Below are positions 1-10,228 of a stretch of 64,000 nt of DNA, piece after piece; position 1 is the first letter of the stretch; the number at the start of each line of letters is the position of its first letter. The notes beneath the pieces are model-generated. The model worked only from the letters and a program-made list of their open reading frames with translations, ran no database searches and was not told the origin of the DNA. A program made the translations under genes and the position numbers. This DNA comes from an uncultured Planctomycetia bacterium (GTDB taxonomy: Bacteria > Omnitrophota > Gorgyraeia > 2-02-FULL-51-18), in NCBI GenBank assembly GCA_964642015.1, contig CAZXLF010000004.1, forward strand, positions 115,001 through 179,000, read 5' to 3'.

Positions 1-263
1 AAATGACTGAAAATAATAGTAGCGATCGCGGCGATGGCTGTATTCACAAGACTATTTCCCAACAAGATCGTGGCAATAAGCTTATCCATGCGCGAAACGA
101 GGCCATAAACACGTTGGGCGCCGCGCTTTTTATTCTCGACCAAGTGCCTTAATCTGATTTTATTCAACGCGATCAACGCAGCTTCAGAAGCGGAAAAGAA
201 AGCAGAAAGTAGAAAAAATATGAACAACACCGCAAGAAGAGTTGAGATAGGGATATCCATCAT
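1..263 (-). CDS. CNNM/DUF21-family (HlyC/CorC, TlyC-like) transporter, N-terminal fragment running off the left edge
   Basis: Reverse-complement translation from the ATG at 261-263 gives MMDIPISTLLAVLFIFFLLSAFFSASEAALIALNKIRLRHLVENKKRGAQRVYGLVSRMDKLIATILLGNSLVNTAIAAIATIIFSH. This matches the DUF21 transmembrane domain signature (SASEAAL ... LLGNSLVN). It is not in the ORF track because it is truncated by the window edge. Confidence 0.6.
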   Translation of the reverse strand, partial: MMDIPISTLLAVLFIFFLLSAFFSASEAALIALNKIRLRHLVENKKRGAQRVYGLVSRMDKLIATILLGNSLVNTAIAAIATIIFSH

Positions 264-463
264 AACGTTTGGTATATTATCTTATGGATTTAAATTAATC
301 AATATTTATCAAAAATCACTATCTATTAGTATAATTCGGCCTCTTTGAAGCACATCATTATTTAACCAAATCAAGCATTCTGACCTTCAAGTATTTTTAT
401 TAAACTGACTAAGACATTATATAAGTAATAGAAAACACCGCTGACAGTTTGTCGGGATAATAA

Positions 464-492
464 TTGACAAGGACACGTACGGTTACTAGAAT
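464..492 (+). promoter_or_regulatory. sigma70-like promoter, TTGACA-N17-TAGAAT, upstream of nuoJ
   Basis: TTGACA at 464-469 and TAGAAT at 487-492 with a 17-nt spacer. The region 264-503 is AT-rich. The predicted TSS lies only ~5 nt before the nuoJ ATG at 504, with no obvious SD. Confidence 0.4.
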
Positions 493-503
493 AAGCGAAT
501 TCT

Positions 504-998
504 ATGCTAGAAACCGTACTTTTTTACGTCATTTCTCTCTTCCTGATCGTATTTGCTATCGGTGTCGTGGCTGCGCGCTCGCCTATTTACAGCGTGCTGT
601 CGTTAGTAGCGGCGATGTGCATGATGGCGGGGCTATTCATTCTGCTAAAAGCGTTCCTTGTCGCTACGATCTTGGTCCTAGTGTATGCTGGCGCAATCCT
701 GGTCCTTTTCCTTTTCGTGGTGATGTTGACCGACACAAAGAAAATATCCGCCGCTTCACGCAAATATTCGCCGTCCCATTTTATATTCGCTTTAACGCTT
801 TCAGGGATCATTTTTTGGCAGATTTTTAACGTGATCCGCTCGGCTTCTACCGGTCGAACCACAGCCGTTGACGGAACAGCGCAAGCCATCGGCCGTTTGC
901 TATTCAATAATTACCTGCTACCTTTTGAATTAACTTCATTTTTGCTATTAGCGGCCGTTGTGAGCGTCGTTGTGCTTGCGAAGAAAGATGCGTCATGA
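504..998 (+). CDS. nuoJ: NADH-quinone oxidoreductase subunit J
   Basis: 164 aa polytopic protein. Conserved NuoJ core YAGAILVLFLFVVMLT. 4-nt overlap with nuoK. Confidence 0.85.
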   Translation: MLETVLFYVISLFLIVFAIGVVAARSPIYSVLSLVAAMCMMAGLFILLKAFLVATILVLVYAGAILVLFLFVVMLTDTKKISAASRKYSPSHFIFALTLSGIIFWQIFNVIRSASTGRTTAVDGTAQAIGRLLFNNYLLPFELTSFLLLAAVVSVVVLAKKDAS

Positions 999-1297
999 TA
1001 GGCCTGCATCATTATCTGGTCATTTCGGCCATTCTTTTTTCGATAGGCCTTTTCGGCATCTTTGTCCGCAAGAATATCTTGATGGTCCTGCTTTCGATCG
1101 AACTCATTCTCAACTCAGCAAATTTGTCGTTTGTCAGCTTTTCGTCATTCCTGGGAGATCTTTCAGGGCAAGTCGTGGTATTTTTTACCATGATCGTGGC
1201 AGCAGCGGAAGTCACGGTCGGCTTGGCGATCGTCGTTTTGCTTTTCAGAAAAAAAGAAACTACTGATATTGATGATCTGAACACTCTAAAATGGTAG
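995..1297 (+). CDS. nuoK: NADH-quinone oxidoreductase subunit K
   Basis: 100 aa. Strong similarity to NuoK (MIGLHHYLVISAILFSIGLFGI...LSIELILNSANLSFV...AAAEVTVGLAIVV). Confidence 0.9.
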   Translation: MIGLHHYLVISAILFSIGLFGIFVRKNILMVLLSIELILNSANLSFVSFSSFLGDLSGQVVVFFTMIVAAAEVTVGLAIVVLLFRKKETTDIDDLNTLKW

Positions 1298-3186
1298 ACT
1301 CGATCTTGAATCATATCCCTTCGCTTCCGTGGATCATCCTTTTTTCACCATTTATTTCTGCTATCCTCATTTGCATTTTTTTCATGAAATCGCCCAAAAC
1401 AGCAAGTACCATAGCTTTGGCCGGCATTTTAATATCGCTCGCCGGAAGCATTGCGCTTTTCCTATTCCATACGCACAACACTTTATTGCCCGCTGAATCC
1501 AGTTGGCCTTGGGTCCAGATCGCGGGTCTGAATATTGAATTCGGCTTTTTGATAGACCGTTTATCGATCTTGATGACGCTGATCGTCACCGGTGTCGGCT
1601 CTTGCATATTCTTTTATTCCGTCGGGTATATGCACGGAGATTCGAGTTTTCCGCGTTATTTTGCGTCGTTGTCTTTATTCGCATTCTCGATGCTCGGGAT
1701 CGTGCTCGCAAACAATTTTCTGATGCTTTTTATTTTTTGGGAATTGGTCGCAGTCAGCTCTTATTTGCTGATCGGCTTCTGGTTCGAGAAACCATCCGCT
1801 GCAGACGCCGGGAACAAAGCGTTCATTGTCAATCGCGTCGCAGATTTTGGATTCGTGCTTGGTATTCTTTATGTTTGGATGCTTTCGGGGGTCGGTGGAG
1901 AAAGAACTTTTGTTTTCTCAAAACTTTCCCAGATCCTGCCAGAAGCGGCGGCGAAAGGTATTTTATCCGAAAGATCTCTGGTCATCGCTTCACTATTGGT
2001 ATTTTGCGGAGTCGTCGGAAAATCTGCCCAATTTCCTTTGTACATTTGGCTTCCTGACGCGATGGAAGGCCCGACGCCTGTCAGCGCTCTGATCCACGCA
2101 GCCACAATGGTCGCGGCAGGTGTATATCTGATGAGTCGTTCATTCTTCCTGGTCAGCGGTTCACTGCCTGCGCTTGATACGATCGCAGTGATTGGCGGTA
2201 TCACCGCAATGCTCGCAGCAATATTGGCGACTGTCCAAAATGACATCAAAAAAATCCTTGCCTATTCCACGATCAGCCAATTGGGCTACATGGTCATGGC
2301 GTTAGGCTTAGGCAGCTCCACAGTCGCGATGTATCACCTGACGACGCACGCGTTTTTTAAAGCATTGCTTTTTCTTGGTGCCGGCGCAATGATCCACGGG
2401 CTTCATACGCAAGATATTTGGGAAATGGGTGGCTTGTTAAAACGTATGCCTGTTACCGCAGTCACTTTCCTTATCGGGACTCTGGCGCTTTGTGGAATTT
2501 ATCCGCTATCGGGATTTTTTTCAAAAGATGAGATCTTGGCTTTGGCTTTCGAGCATCATCGCCCGCTTTACATCGTGGCGCTTCTTACGGCGGGTTTGAC
2601 AGCTTTTTATATGAGTCGTGCTTGTTGGATCGCTGTTCTCGGTGAAAAAAGGGTCAATAAACATGCTCACGGTCACAACGACGTTCATGAAGCACCGCCG
2701 ATCATGAAGCTTCCTCTGATCGTTCTTGCGGTCTTTTCGGTTATAGGCGGTTTTATCGGCATCCCTCAATTTATCATGGGTCCGCAGGCACATGAATCAT
2801 CTTTGAACATGATCGTCGCGGCGACATCAACGATCGTCGCGCTTCTCGGGATCGGAATAGGTACTTTACTTTATGCAAAGTTGAAATCCAAAGAGGATCC
2901 TTTGAAAAAATTCCTGGGAGCCGCCTACAATTTTATCGTTAACAAATATTATCTCGATGAATTCTTTAGCGGGATCGCAGATTTCTTTCAAGATATCGTC
3001 GCGAAGGTCCTTTTCCGGTTCGACCGGGATGTGATCATTCAAAAAATGGTGAATGGTTCTGCAAAAGTTACTTCGGGCTTTGCATCGATCTTGAGACTTG
3101 TGCAAACAGGTTATGTGCAAACCTACGCCTCGGTTTTTGGACTGGGCATCGCAGTGATCGTTTACTTTATCATTATGAAAGGCTAA
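1291..3186 (+). CDS. nuoL: NADH-quinone oxidoreductase subunit L
   Basis: 631 aa. Mrp-antiporter-like fold with the long C-terminal amphipathic extension typical of NuoL. Overlaps the nuoK stop. Confidence 0.9.
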   Translation: MVDSILNHIPSLPWIILFSPFISAILICIFFMKSPKTASTIALAGILISLAGSIALFLFHTHNTLLPAESSWPWVQIAGLNIEFGFLIDRLSILMTLIVTGVGSCIFFYSVGYMHGDSSFPRYFASLSLFAFSMLGIVLANNFLMLFIFWELVAVSSYLLIGFWFEKPSAADAGNKAFIVNRVADFGFVLGILYVWMLSGVGGERTFVFSKLSQILPEAAAKGILSERSLVIASLLVFCGVVGKSAQFPLYIWLPDAMEGPTPVSALIHAATMVAAGVYLMSRSFFLVSGSLPALDTIAVIGGITAMLAAILATVQNDIKKILAYSTISQLGYMVMALGLGSSTVAMYHLTTHAFFKALLFLGAGAMIHGLHTQDIWEMGGLLKRMPVTAVTFLIGTLALCGIYPLSGFFSKDEILALAFEHHRPLYIVALLTAGLTAFYMSRACWIAVLGEKRVNKHAHGHNDVHEAPPIMKLPLIVLAVFSVIGGFIGIPQFIMGPQAHESSLNMIVAATSTIVALLGIGIGTLLYAKLKSKEDPLKKFLGAAYNFIVNKYYLDEFFSGIADFFQDIVAKVLFRFDRDVIIQKMVNGSAKVTSGFASILRLVQTGYVQTYASVFGLGIAVIVYFIIMKG

Positions 3187-3190
3187 AAAT

Positions 3191-4705
3191 TTGCCGCATT
3201 TAGGACCTATTTCGTGGATCTTGCTCTCGCCTGCCATCGGCGCATGCATTCTTTTTTTCATTCCCAAAGAAAGAACAGATTGGCTAAAAAAAATATCCGT
3301 CGCTTCGGTTTGCGTTTCTCTTTTCTTCGCGTGCTTTGCGTTTCTAAAATACGATCGTATAGCCGCCGGCTACCAGTTCGTCGATAAGATCGACTGGGTC
3401 AAATCACTCGGTATTTCGTACCACGTCGGCGTCGACGGCATCAATCTCGTTCTTCTGCTGATGACCTCGATCCTGGCATTTACAGGGGTCATTGTCTCCT
3501 GCAACGTCAAAGAGAAACTAAAAGAATATCTGATCTTTTACCTTTTTCTGATCGTAGGTTGTTTTGGGGTCTTGAGCTCGCTGGACATCTTCTTCATGTA
3601 CTTTTTCTACGAAACCGCCGTTGTACCGGTATTTCCGCTGATCGGCGTGTGGGGTTCCGGAAATAAAGAATATGCGACGATGAAACTAACGCTCTATCTT
3701 ACATTAGGAGCTGTTTTTGCACTGTTGGCGCTTTTATCGCTTTATTTTGTGACTGGACTCAATACTTTTGATCTGACCGTCATAGAAAAATCTGTTTCGA
3801 CCCATCCTTTACCGATCGCATTTCAGAAATGGGCATTTCCGATGATCATGGTGGGCTTCGGAGTCATTTTAACGCTTTGGCCTTTTCATACATGGTCGCC
3901 GATGGGTTATGCCGCGGCGCCCACTTCGGTCAGCATGCTGCATGCGGGCGTTCTAAAAAAACTCGGCGCTTATGCGATCATCCGTCTCGGCATCGGACTG
4001 ATGCCTGACGGTGCCAAAATTTGGATGCCTTATGTATCCTGGATCGCCATCATCAATATCGTTTACTGCGGACTTGTTGCGTTCACTCAAAAAGATCTGA
4101 AATTCATATTAGGTTATTCCAGCTGCAGCCATATGGGATATATTTTGCTTGGGCTTTCCTGCATGACCCCTATCGCGTTGAATGGCACGGTGTTCTTCAT
4201 GTTCGCGCACGGTATCATGGCGGCGCTTGGATTCTCTTTAGTAGGATTCATCTATGAGCAAGCTCATACACGCATGATCGATGATTGGGGAGGTTTTGGG
4301 AAAAAGATCCCGTTCATTGCGACTCTCTTCATCATGATGGCTATGGCTTCGGTTGGGCTTCCGGGATTCGCCAATTTTGTCGGTGAGATCATGATCCTTT
4401 TGGGAGCGTGGGACAAATACCGACTGCAAGCGATATTCGCAGTGTTGGGCCTTGTCATCACCGCGGGCTACATGCTTAAAACAGTCAGAGGCTCTATGCA
4501 AGGTCCGCTAAATACACACGGAAATTCTCTGAAAGATGCGTTAGGACTTCAAAAAACTCCTTATCTTTTATTGATAGTTGTTTTAATCCTAGTCGGCTTC
4601 TTTCCGTCAGTAATCCTTAAGCCAATATCTACGGGAACAAAATCTATCATAGACCGGATCCAAAATTCATCCTCAAATGCAGTCAAAGCCGATGAAAATG
4701 TATAG
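3191..4705 (+). CDS. nuoM: NADH-quinone oxidoreductase subunit M
   Basis: 504 aa antiporter-like subunit. Position between L and N. Confidence 0.85.
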   Translation: MPHLGPISWILLSPAIGACILFFIPKERTDWLKKISVASVCVSLFFACFAFLKYDRIAAGYQFVDKIDWVKSLGISYHVGVDGINLVLLLMTSILAFTGVIVSCNVKEKLKEYLIFYLFLIVGCFGVLSSLDIFFMYFFYETAVVPVFPLIGVWGSGNKEYATMKLTLYLTLGAVFALLALLSLYFVTGLNTFDLTVIEKSVSTHPLPIAFQKWAFPMIMVGFGVILTLWPFHTWSPMGYAAAPTSVSMLHAGVLKKLGAYAIIRLGIGLMPDGAKIWMPYVSWIAIINIVYCGLVAFTQKDLKFILGYSSCSHMGYILLGLSCMTPIALNGTVFFMFAHGIMAALGFSLVGFIYEQAHTRMIDDWGGFGKKIPFIATLFIMMAMASVGLPGFANFVGEIMILLGAWDKYRLQAIFAVLGLVITAGYMLKTVRGSMQGPLNTHGNSLKDALGLQKTPYLLLIVVLILVGFFPSVILKPISTGTKSIIDRIQNSSSNAVKADENV

Positions 4706-4743
4706 ATCGATGACAAAATCAAATTCAAACAAGAGACATATCC

Positions 4744-6192
4744 GTGGGATTTAATATTCACTTGTCTATTTTCCAAACCGAAATAGGGCTTACGTTTTTG
4801 GCGCTGGGTTGCCTTGCGCTTGATATTTTCCTAAAAAACAATGAGCGCCGCGGCAAGATCCTTGCGGATGCCGCGATGATCGGTGTGGCAATATTGTTCT
4901 TTAATCTCTGTTTCCAATGGGGAAAATTCGGCTCAAGCTTCAAAGGCTCATTCGTCCAAGATGGCGTGGCCTTTTACTTCAAGATCATATTTCTTTTGGC
5001 GGGTTTTTTCGCTCTTTTCATGGCAAGGGACTACAAAAATCAGCTGAAGCGCGGTTACGGTGAATTCACACTGCTGATCTTATTCAGTCTTATCGGCATG
5101 TCGTTCCTGGCATCAGCAAACGATTTTCTGCTGTTTTTTGTTTCGCTTGAAACGCTCACCGTCTCGCTTTACATCATGACTGCTTACCTTCGAGATAAGA
5201 ATACTTCAATTGAAGCTGGAGTGAAATATCTTATTCTGGGAGCTCTCTCTACTGCGACCTTCCTTTACGGCCTGAGTTTCGTTTATGGTGCTACAACTCA
5301 CACATCTTATTCGGGCATCCAGCAGGCATTATCCCAAGGGAATGTTCCGCCGCGGATCTTTACTTTCGGAGCGATCCTGATCATCTGCTCGCTTGGCTTC
5401 AAGATCGCCGCGGTGCCGTTCCAGCTTTGGGCTCCCGATATTTACGAAGGCGCGCCCACTCCAGTCACGGCGTATCTGGCGATCGGTTCAAAGGCTGCGG
5501 GATTTGCGGCTCTGGTTCGCCTGATGTTCACAGTTTTTTCGCCTCTACCTCCGAAAGATCTAATTTTACTTTTCAGCATTTTATCCGCTTTGACCATCCT
5601 TTACGGGAACTTAGGCGCTATCCCGCAAACAAATATTAAACGTCTATTGGGCTACTCAAGCATTGGCCATGCGGGCTATCTCTTAATAGGTCTCGCTGCG
5701 TTCCATTCATCGGGAGCAGAAGCTTTGCTGTATTATTTGCTCAGTTATCTTTTTAGCACCGGCGGTGCATTCCTGGTCATCCTGGCGTTATCAAATCAAC
5801 TGAAGTCCGATTCGATCTCTGAATTCGCCGGACTTTCGCAAAGATCGCCGCTTTTGGCGGCTGGGATGCTTTTATCTTTGCTATCGCTGGCCGGCGTGCC
5901 GCCTTTATCAGGATTTTTTGCGAAATTCTTCCTTTTATGGGCAGGTATTAAATCAGGCCTTCTGTGGCTTGCTTTAATAGGTGTACTGAACGTCATCACG
6001 TCACTTTACTATTACCTTAAAGTAGTTAAGGTCATGTATATCGACAAACCTACCGACCAAAATCCGATCACGGTCACTTTTGACCAGCGAGTCATGCAGT
6101 ATATTTCGATATTCGGGATACTTCTATTGGGAATTTACCAGGGGCCTTTCGTCCGGCTCGTCGAAGCCGCGGTCAAAAATCTTATCCGTTAG
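4744..6192 (+). CDS. nuoN: NADH-quinone oxidoreductase subunit N (GTG start)
   Basis: 482 aa antiporter-like subunit and last gene of the nuoJKLMN string. Converges on mgtE with a 4-nt overlap. Confidence 0.85.
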   Translation: MGFNIHLSIFQTEIGLTFLALGCLALDIFLKNNERRGKILADAAMIGVAILFFNLCFQWGKFGSSFKGSFVQDGVAFYFKIIFLLAGFFALFMARDYKNQLKRGYGEFTLLILFSLIGMSFLASANDFLLFFVSLETLTVSLYIMTAYLRDKNTSIEAGVKYLILGALSTATFLYGLSFVYGATTHTSYSGIQQALSQGNVPPRIFTFGAILIICSLGFKIAAVPFQLWAPDIYEGAPTPVTAYLAIGSKAAGFAALVRLMFTVFSPLPPKDLILLFSILSALTILYGNLGAIPQTNIKRLLGYSSIGHAGYLLIGLAAFHSSGAEALLYYLLSYLFSTGGAFLVILALSNQLKSDSISEFAGLSQRSPLLAAGMLLSLLSLAGVPPLSGFFAKFFLLWAGIKSGLLWLALIGVLNVITSLYYYLKVVKVMYIDKPTDQNPITVTFDQRVMQYISIFGILLLGIYQGPFVRLVEAAVKNLIR

Positions 6193-7433
6193 CGCTGTAC
6201 CAAAATAGCCGTCGATACGCTGAAATAGACCATTAAAGTCTGAAGATCGCAGATCGCAAGCACCAAAGGCCCTGATGCAATGGCCGGATCGATCTTAAAT
6301 CTTCGAAATAAAAGCGGTAGGGTCAATCCGATCAATCCGGAAAAAATAATAGCCAGCATCATGGAGCTGGCCAAAGCCACACCTAGTAAATTATTTTTCT
6401 GCCAAAAATAAGCAACCACACCAACGATCATTCCGCACGCAAAGCCTATTAAGACGCCGACAATCACTTCTCTGAAAAATAAAGCGCCGAGATCCTTTAA
6501 AGAAACATGTCCCAACGTAAGATTTCTGACCACGATCGTCGCACCCTGCACTCCGGTGCTTTCGGAAATACCCAACACAACCGGCACGAACAAAAATAAA
6601 ACCGCGATCGTCTGAAGACTATTCTGAAAAAGCCCCGAAATAAATGCGCAAAGAAGTCCGCTGGCAATGCTCACCATCAGCCATGGCAGTCTCAACTTCA
6701 TGATCGTCATGATAGATTTTGTTTTAACTTCCTCGGAGCCGGTGCCGACTATTTTAGCGATCGTATCAGTGGCTTTCTCTTCAACCGCCTCGAGCACACT
6801 GTCTGAACTGATGATCCCCACCAGCCGCTGTGATGGATCCACGACCGGCAAACCCAAATAACGATGACGCTGAAGCAGCTTGGCCACATCTTCCTGCGCC
6901 ATTCCTGTTTCAACCTGAACAACCGGACTATTTAAAATATCTTTGACCAGTGTCTCAGGTGAATGAAAAATAAGGTCGCGGATCTGAATAACGCCTATGA
7001 GGCAGCGTTCTTTGTCCACGACGTATATATAGGAAACTTTCCCCTTTCTGCGCTTGGGGACCCGCCTAAGATATTCGGTAGCCTGTTTGATCGTGCTGTC
7101 TATAGGTATATAGAGCACTTCTTTGGACATCATCGCGCCGGCTGTGCCAGGCGGATACGAAAGGATCTCCTGAATATCCGTCAAACAACTTGGCTTATCA
7201 GATCGGATCGCGGACAGAATCTTCTCACGAAAATCCTGAGGCAAACTTCTCAAAACTTCGGCTGAAGCCGCGGAATCAAGCTTGGAAATGACCTCTACCA
7301 TATAAGACACACCTAATTCCTCCGCGATCTCACCGGCTTTGGCCTTCGCTTCATCACCGATTGCACTGGCAGCCTGCGTCAAATCCTGATCAGCAAGCAA
7401 TTTCCATTTTTCGGCGTCGCTTAAATTTTTCAT
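6189..7433 (-). CDS. mgtE: Mg2+ transporter MgtE
   Basis: 414 aa. Cytosolic N-domain with tandem CBS domains, then a C-terminal 5-TM MgtE domain (…PLVLAICDLQTLMVYFSVSTAILV). Confidence 0.85.
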   Translation of the reverse strand: MKNLSDAEKWKLLADQDLTQAASAIGDEAKAKAGEIAEELGVSYMVEVISKLDSAASAEVLRSLPQDFREKILSAIRSDKPSCLTDIQEILSYPPGTAGAMMSKEVLYIPIDSTIKQATEYLRRVPKRRKGKVSYIYVVDKERCLIGVIQIRDLIFHSPETLVKDILNSPVVQVETGMAQEDVAKLLQRHRYLGLPVVDPSQRLVGIISSDSVLEAVEEKATDTIAKIVGTGSEEVKTKSIMTIMKLRLPWLMVSIASGLLCAFISGLFQNSLQTIAVLFLFVPVVLGISESTGVQGATIVVRNLTLGHVSLKDLGALFFREVIVGVLIGFACGMIVGVVAYFWQKNNLLGVALASSMMLAIIFSGLIGLTLPLLFRRFKIDPAIASGPLVLAICDLQTLMVYFSVSTAILVQR

Positions 7434-8482
7434 CGATCCTTGATCGTCTGGATGGCCGTTTTGGATATTTCAAGGCTACGGGTAGGATAAGGTATCTGAA
7501 TACCTTCCTCTGCGAACCGCGCATGAAGCGCTTTGACAAGTTCATGCTTGATAGGCGCCTGAGACGTAAAATCTTTGATTTTCAAAACTATCGTAAAATA
7601 AATACCCGAATCTCCGAACGTATGGAACCAGACCGCCGGTTTGAACGATCCGACCGCAGCCGGTGATTTTTTGATCACCTGTTCAGCGACTTCGTGAACG
7701 ATCTTTTCGACGCGGTCAAGGTCGCTTGCATAATGCACGCTAAGGTCCAAAGTCATCATCATTTCACTGCTAGGCAGAGAATAATTGGTGATGATGCTCC
7801 CCATTAATTTTGCGTTCGGAATGATCACGACGTTCTGCGCCGGAGTACTGAGACGCGCGCTTCTCCAACCGATCTCCGTGACAACTCCTTCACTGCCATT
7901 CTCCAACCTGACAAAATCCCCTACTTGGACAGGCCTGTCGATCGCAATATAAATTCCTGCGAAAAAATTAGACAACGTATCCTGCAACGCCAATGCCACA
8001 GCTAATGAACCAATGCCCAAAGACGCAAGGATCGGTGTGATAGAAATACCTAAAATATCCAAAAATATCAGAACACCTATTCCGATGACAAAACCGCGCA
8101 ACAGGCCTTTCAGCACAGTGTGAGAAATTTTGGCAAAAACACTTTTTGAGGCATACTGATCGACAAGAGTTTTAACAAAACTATCCAAAAAGAACACGAT
8201 CGAGAAAACGATACATCCTTGAAAGATCACCGTAGCGACCTTGTGCGCTTCCCGGGGCAATGTTAAAAGATTGATCAGGATCGCTAATCCAGAAGCCAGG
8301 ATCAGAAGATTGGCAGGCAAAGAAACGGCGCTTATAACGCTATCGGTCCAATGCTGAGAAGCTTTGGATGCCCATTTCTTCAAACGGCGCACAACGACGC
8401 GTTTGATCAGCCAAAGGAATAACACCCAGATAACAGCGAATATCGGGGCATAAAAAGATGTGGGTATGGTCAAATTGTCCAT
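7430..8482 (-). CDS. MscS-family mechanosensitive channel
   Basis: 350 aa. N-terminal TM helices followed by the conserved MscS beta-domain (…DRPVQVGDFVRLENGSEGVVTEIGWRSARL…). 4-nt overlap with mgtE, so the two are an operon. Confidence 0.8.
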   Translation of the reverse strand: MDNLTIPTSFYAPIFAVIWVLFLWLIKRVVVRRLKKWASKASQHWTDSVISAVSLPANLLILASGLAILINLLTLPREAHKVATVIFQGCIVFSIVFFLDSFVKTLVDQYASKSVFAKISHTVLKGLLRGFVIGIGVLIFLDILGISITPILASLGIGSLAVALALQDTLSNFFAGIYIAIDRPVQVGDFVRLENGSEGVVTEIGWRSARLSTPAQNVVIIPNAKLMGSIITNYSLPSSEMMMTLDLSVHYASDLDRVEKIVHEVAEQVIKKSPAAVGSFKPAVWFHTFGDSGIYFTIVLKIKDFTSQAPIKHELVKALHARFAEEGIQIPYPTRSLEISKTAIQTIKDR

Positions 8483-8588
8483 ATCGTCGTAATATTCATG
8501 GTTACTTGATTTTAGATTTTATACTCTCTATTATAAATGCACCTAAAAGTATCATAGCGTATGCTTAAATTATTTTAAATCCAAAAAT

Positions 8589-9434
8589 ATGACCATACAA
8601 CCAACATTGATCATTCATGGCGGCGCAGGTAAAAGCATCAAAGACGCACAACGCGCTGAAAGGATACGCGAAAAGATGTCCGTCATAGTTTCCGCAGCGT
8701 ACGAAACACTTCTGAAGTCAGGCGCGCTCGAGGCCGTGGTCCATGCTGTCAGGCTTCTCGAAGACGATCCTGAATTTAACGCCGGTACGGGTTCCCGAAT
8801 TCAATCCGACGGAGAGGCACGCCTGTCCGCTTCGATCATGGACGGTAAAAATGGGAAATTCGCGGGAGTACTTAATATAGAACGCATAAAAAATCCTATT
8901 TTAGTGGCGCGTGCGTTATTGGAAAAAGAGGACCGTGTTCTATCCGACCAAGGTGCTTTTGATTTTGCCCAGAAAATAGGGTTCAAATCGGAAGATCCGC
9001 GGACACCCGAAGCCATCGAGCGCTGGAAAAAATCAGACAAAAAAGGCTCGGACACCGTAGGCGCATGCGCTTTGGATACCAAAGGATATCTCGCAAGCGC
9101 TACTTCCACCGGCGGCAAGGGCATGGAAACTCCTGGGCGCGTCAGCGACAGCGGTATGCCGGTAGCGAATTTTGCAAACGACAAATGCGCTATTTCAGCA
9201 ACGGGTACAGGCGAAGAGATCATAGAAGAAGGTCTGGCAATCAAAATCGCGACGCGTGTAATCGACAGTATGAGCTTGAAAAAAGCGTTTCAAAAAAGTT
9301 TCAAGGAGGTGCGTGCGCACAAAAGAAACATGGGTGCGATCGGACTTAACAACCGCGGACAAATGGCTTGGGACACTTCAACAGAAAACCTATGCTACGC
9401 ATGGAAAAAAGGTGATAAAGCCGGGATTTTTTAG
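8589..9434 (+). CDS. isoaspartyl peptidase / L-asparaginase (Ntn-hydrolase, asparaginase_2 family)
   Basis: 281 aa. GGAGK N-terminus. Autoproteolytic Thr motif DTVGACALD and a GTGEEI motif. Confidence 0.75.
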   Translation: MTIQPTLIIHGGAGKSIKDAQRAERIREKMSVIVSAAYETLLKSGALEAVVHAVRLLEDDPEFNAGTGSRIQSDGEARLSASIMDGKNGKFAGVLNIERIKNPILVARALLEKEDRVLSDQGAFDFAQKIGFKSEDPRTPEAIERWKKSDKKGSDTVGACALDTKGYLASATSTGGKGMETPGRVSDSGMPVANFANDKCAISATGTGEEIIEEGLAIKIATRVIDSMSLKKAFQKSFKEVRAHKRNMGAIGLNNRGQMAWDTSTENLCYAWKKGDKAGIF

Positions 9435-10228
9435 TGATAAAAATATTTTTTAAAATTTTACTCGTTATTTTCATTGTTCAATTATCTTACACATCACCCG
9501 CGTCTGCTGAGAATATCCGCGAAACGCCGGTCGTTAAAGTAGTCAAAACCTGCGCGCCTTCCGTCGTAAATATCAGCACCGAACGGCTGATATTGCTTCG
9601 GCAAAATCCGTTCTGGGGTAATTTCGGTAATCAATATGATGATTTTTTCCAGGAATATTTCAGAAATAATTTTGGTGTGATGAAACAAAATAGCTTAGGA
9701 TCAGGCGTCATCGTATCAAAAGACGGTCTCATCGTAACAAATGCACATGTGATCCATATGGCAAGTAAGATCTATATCAAAATAAAAGATCAGGAAGCCC
9801 AAGAAGCTTCATTGATCGGCGTGGATAACATGAATGATCTGGCATTGATCAAAATAAACCCCGCACAACCTCTACAACCCATCCAATTCGCGGATGACGT
9901 GATGATCGGAGAAACGGCGATCACAATAGGAAATCCTTTAGGCCTTGAAAGTTCAGTATCGGTGGGCGTGATCAGCGGCACAAACCGCACGTCTTACATG
10001 AGTCAGGCCAACCATATTTTTTCGAACTTGATCCAGACCGATGCCTCGATGAATCCAGGTAATAGCGGAGGAGCACTTCTAAACCTTGAAGGAAAACTTA
10101 TTGGCATTAATCTTGCGATGATGCAAAACGCTCAGAATATCGGATTTGCGGTTTCTGCCGAAAAAGTCAAAAAAATGCTGATCGAATATGATAAAGTGAA
10201 AGCTAAATTAAGAAATGGCAACACTTAA
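9434..10228 (+). CDS. secreted trypsin-like (S1C) serine protease without PDZ domain
   Basis: Signal peptide (…SPASA). Catalytic His region TNAHVI and Ser motif GNSGGALLN. Confidence 0.7.
   Translation: MIKIFFKILLVIFIVQLSYTSPASAENIRETPVVKVVKTCAPSVVNISTERLILLRQNPFWGNFGNQYDDFFQEYFRNNFGVMKQNSLGSGVIVSKDGLIVTNAHVIHMASKIYIKIKDQEAQEASLIGVDNMNDLALIKINPAQPLQPIQFADDVMIGETAITIGNPLGLESSVSVGVISGTNRTSYMSQANHIFSNLIQTDASMNPGNSGGALLNLEGKLIGINLAMMQNAQNIGFAVSAEKVKKMLIEYDKVKAKLRNGNT

Noticed and set aside
464-829. 121-aa + strand ORF overlapping nuoJ in another frame, and many similar antisense or out-of-frame ORFs inside large genes (e.g. 10939-11625 in hppA, 40616-41128 and 39503-39880 in cstA, 55323-55967 antisense to the multihaem cytochrome, 53992-54498 in the porin, 27426-27815 in the kinase)
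   Set aside because: They are embedded in strongly supported conserved genes on the opposite strand or in an alternative frame. They have Arg/Ser/Cys-rich low-complexity translations typical of shadow ORFs and no independent start or RBS context.
1500-1800. Apparent over-representation of GATC tetranucleotides
   Set aside because: Spot counts were inconsistent: ~1 per 60 bp in the nuoL region but ~1 per 300 bp around 9.0-9.6 kb. The local excess is explained by frequent GAT-CGx and ATC codon junctions. It is not a robust signal without a genome-wide count.
6189-8588. M-box (ykoK) Mg2+ riboswitch upstream of mgtE or the MscS-mgtE operon
   Set aside because: mgtE overlaps the upstream MscS gene, so it has no leader. 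The 106-nt AT-rich region upstream of the MscS gene is too short and lacks recognisable M-box conserved stretches.
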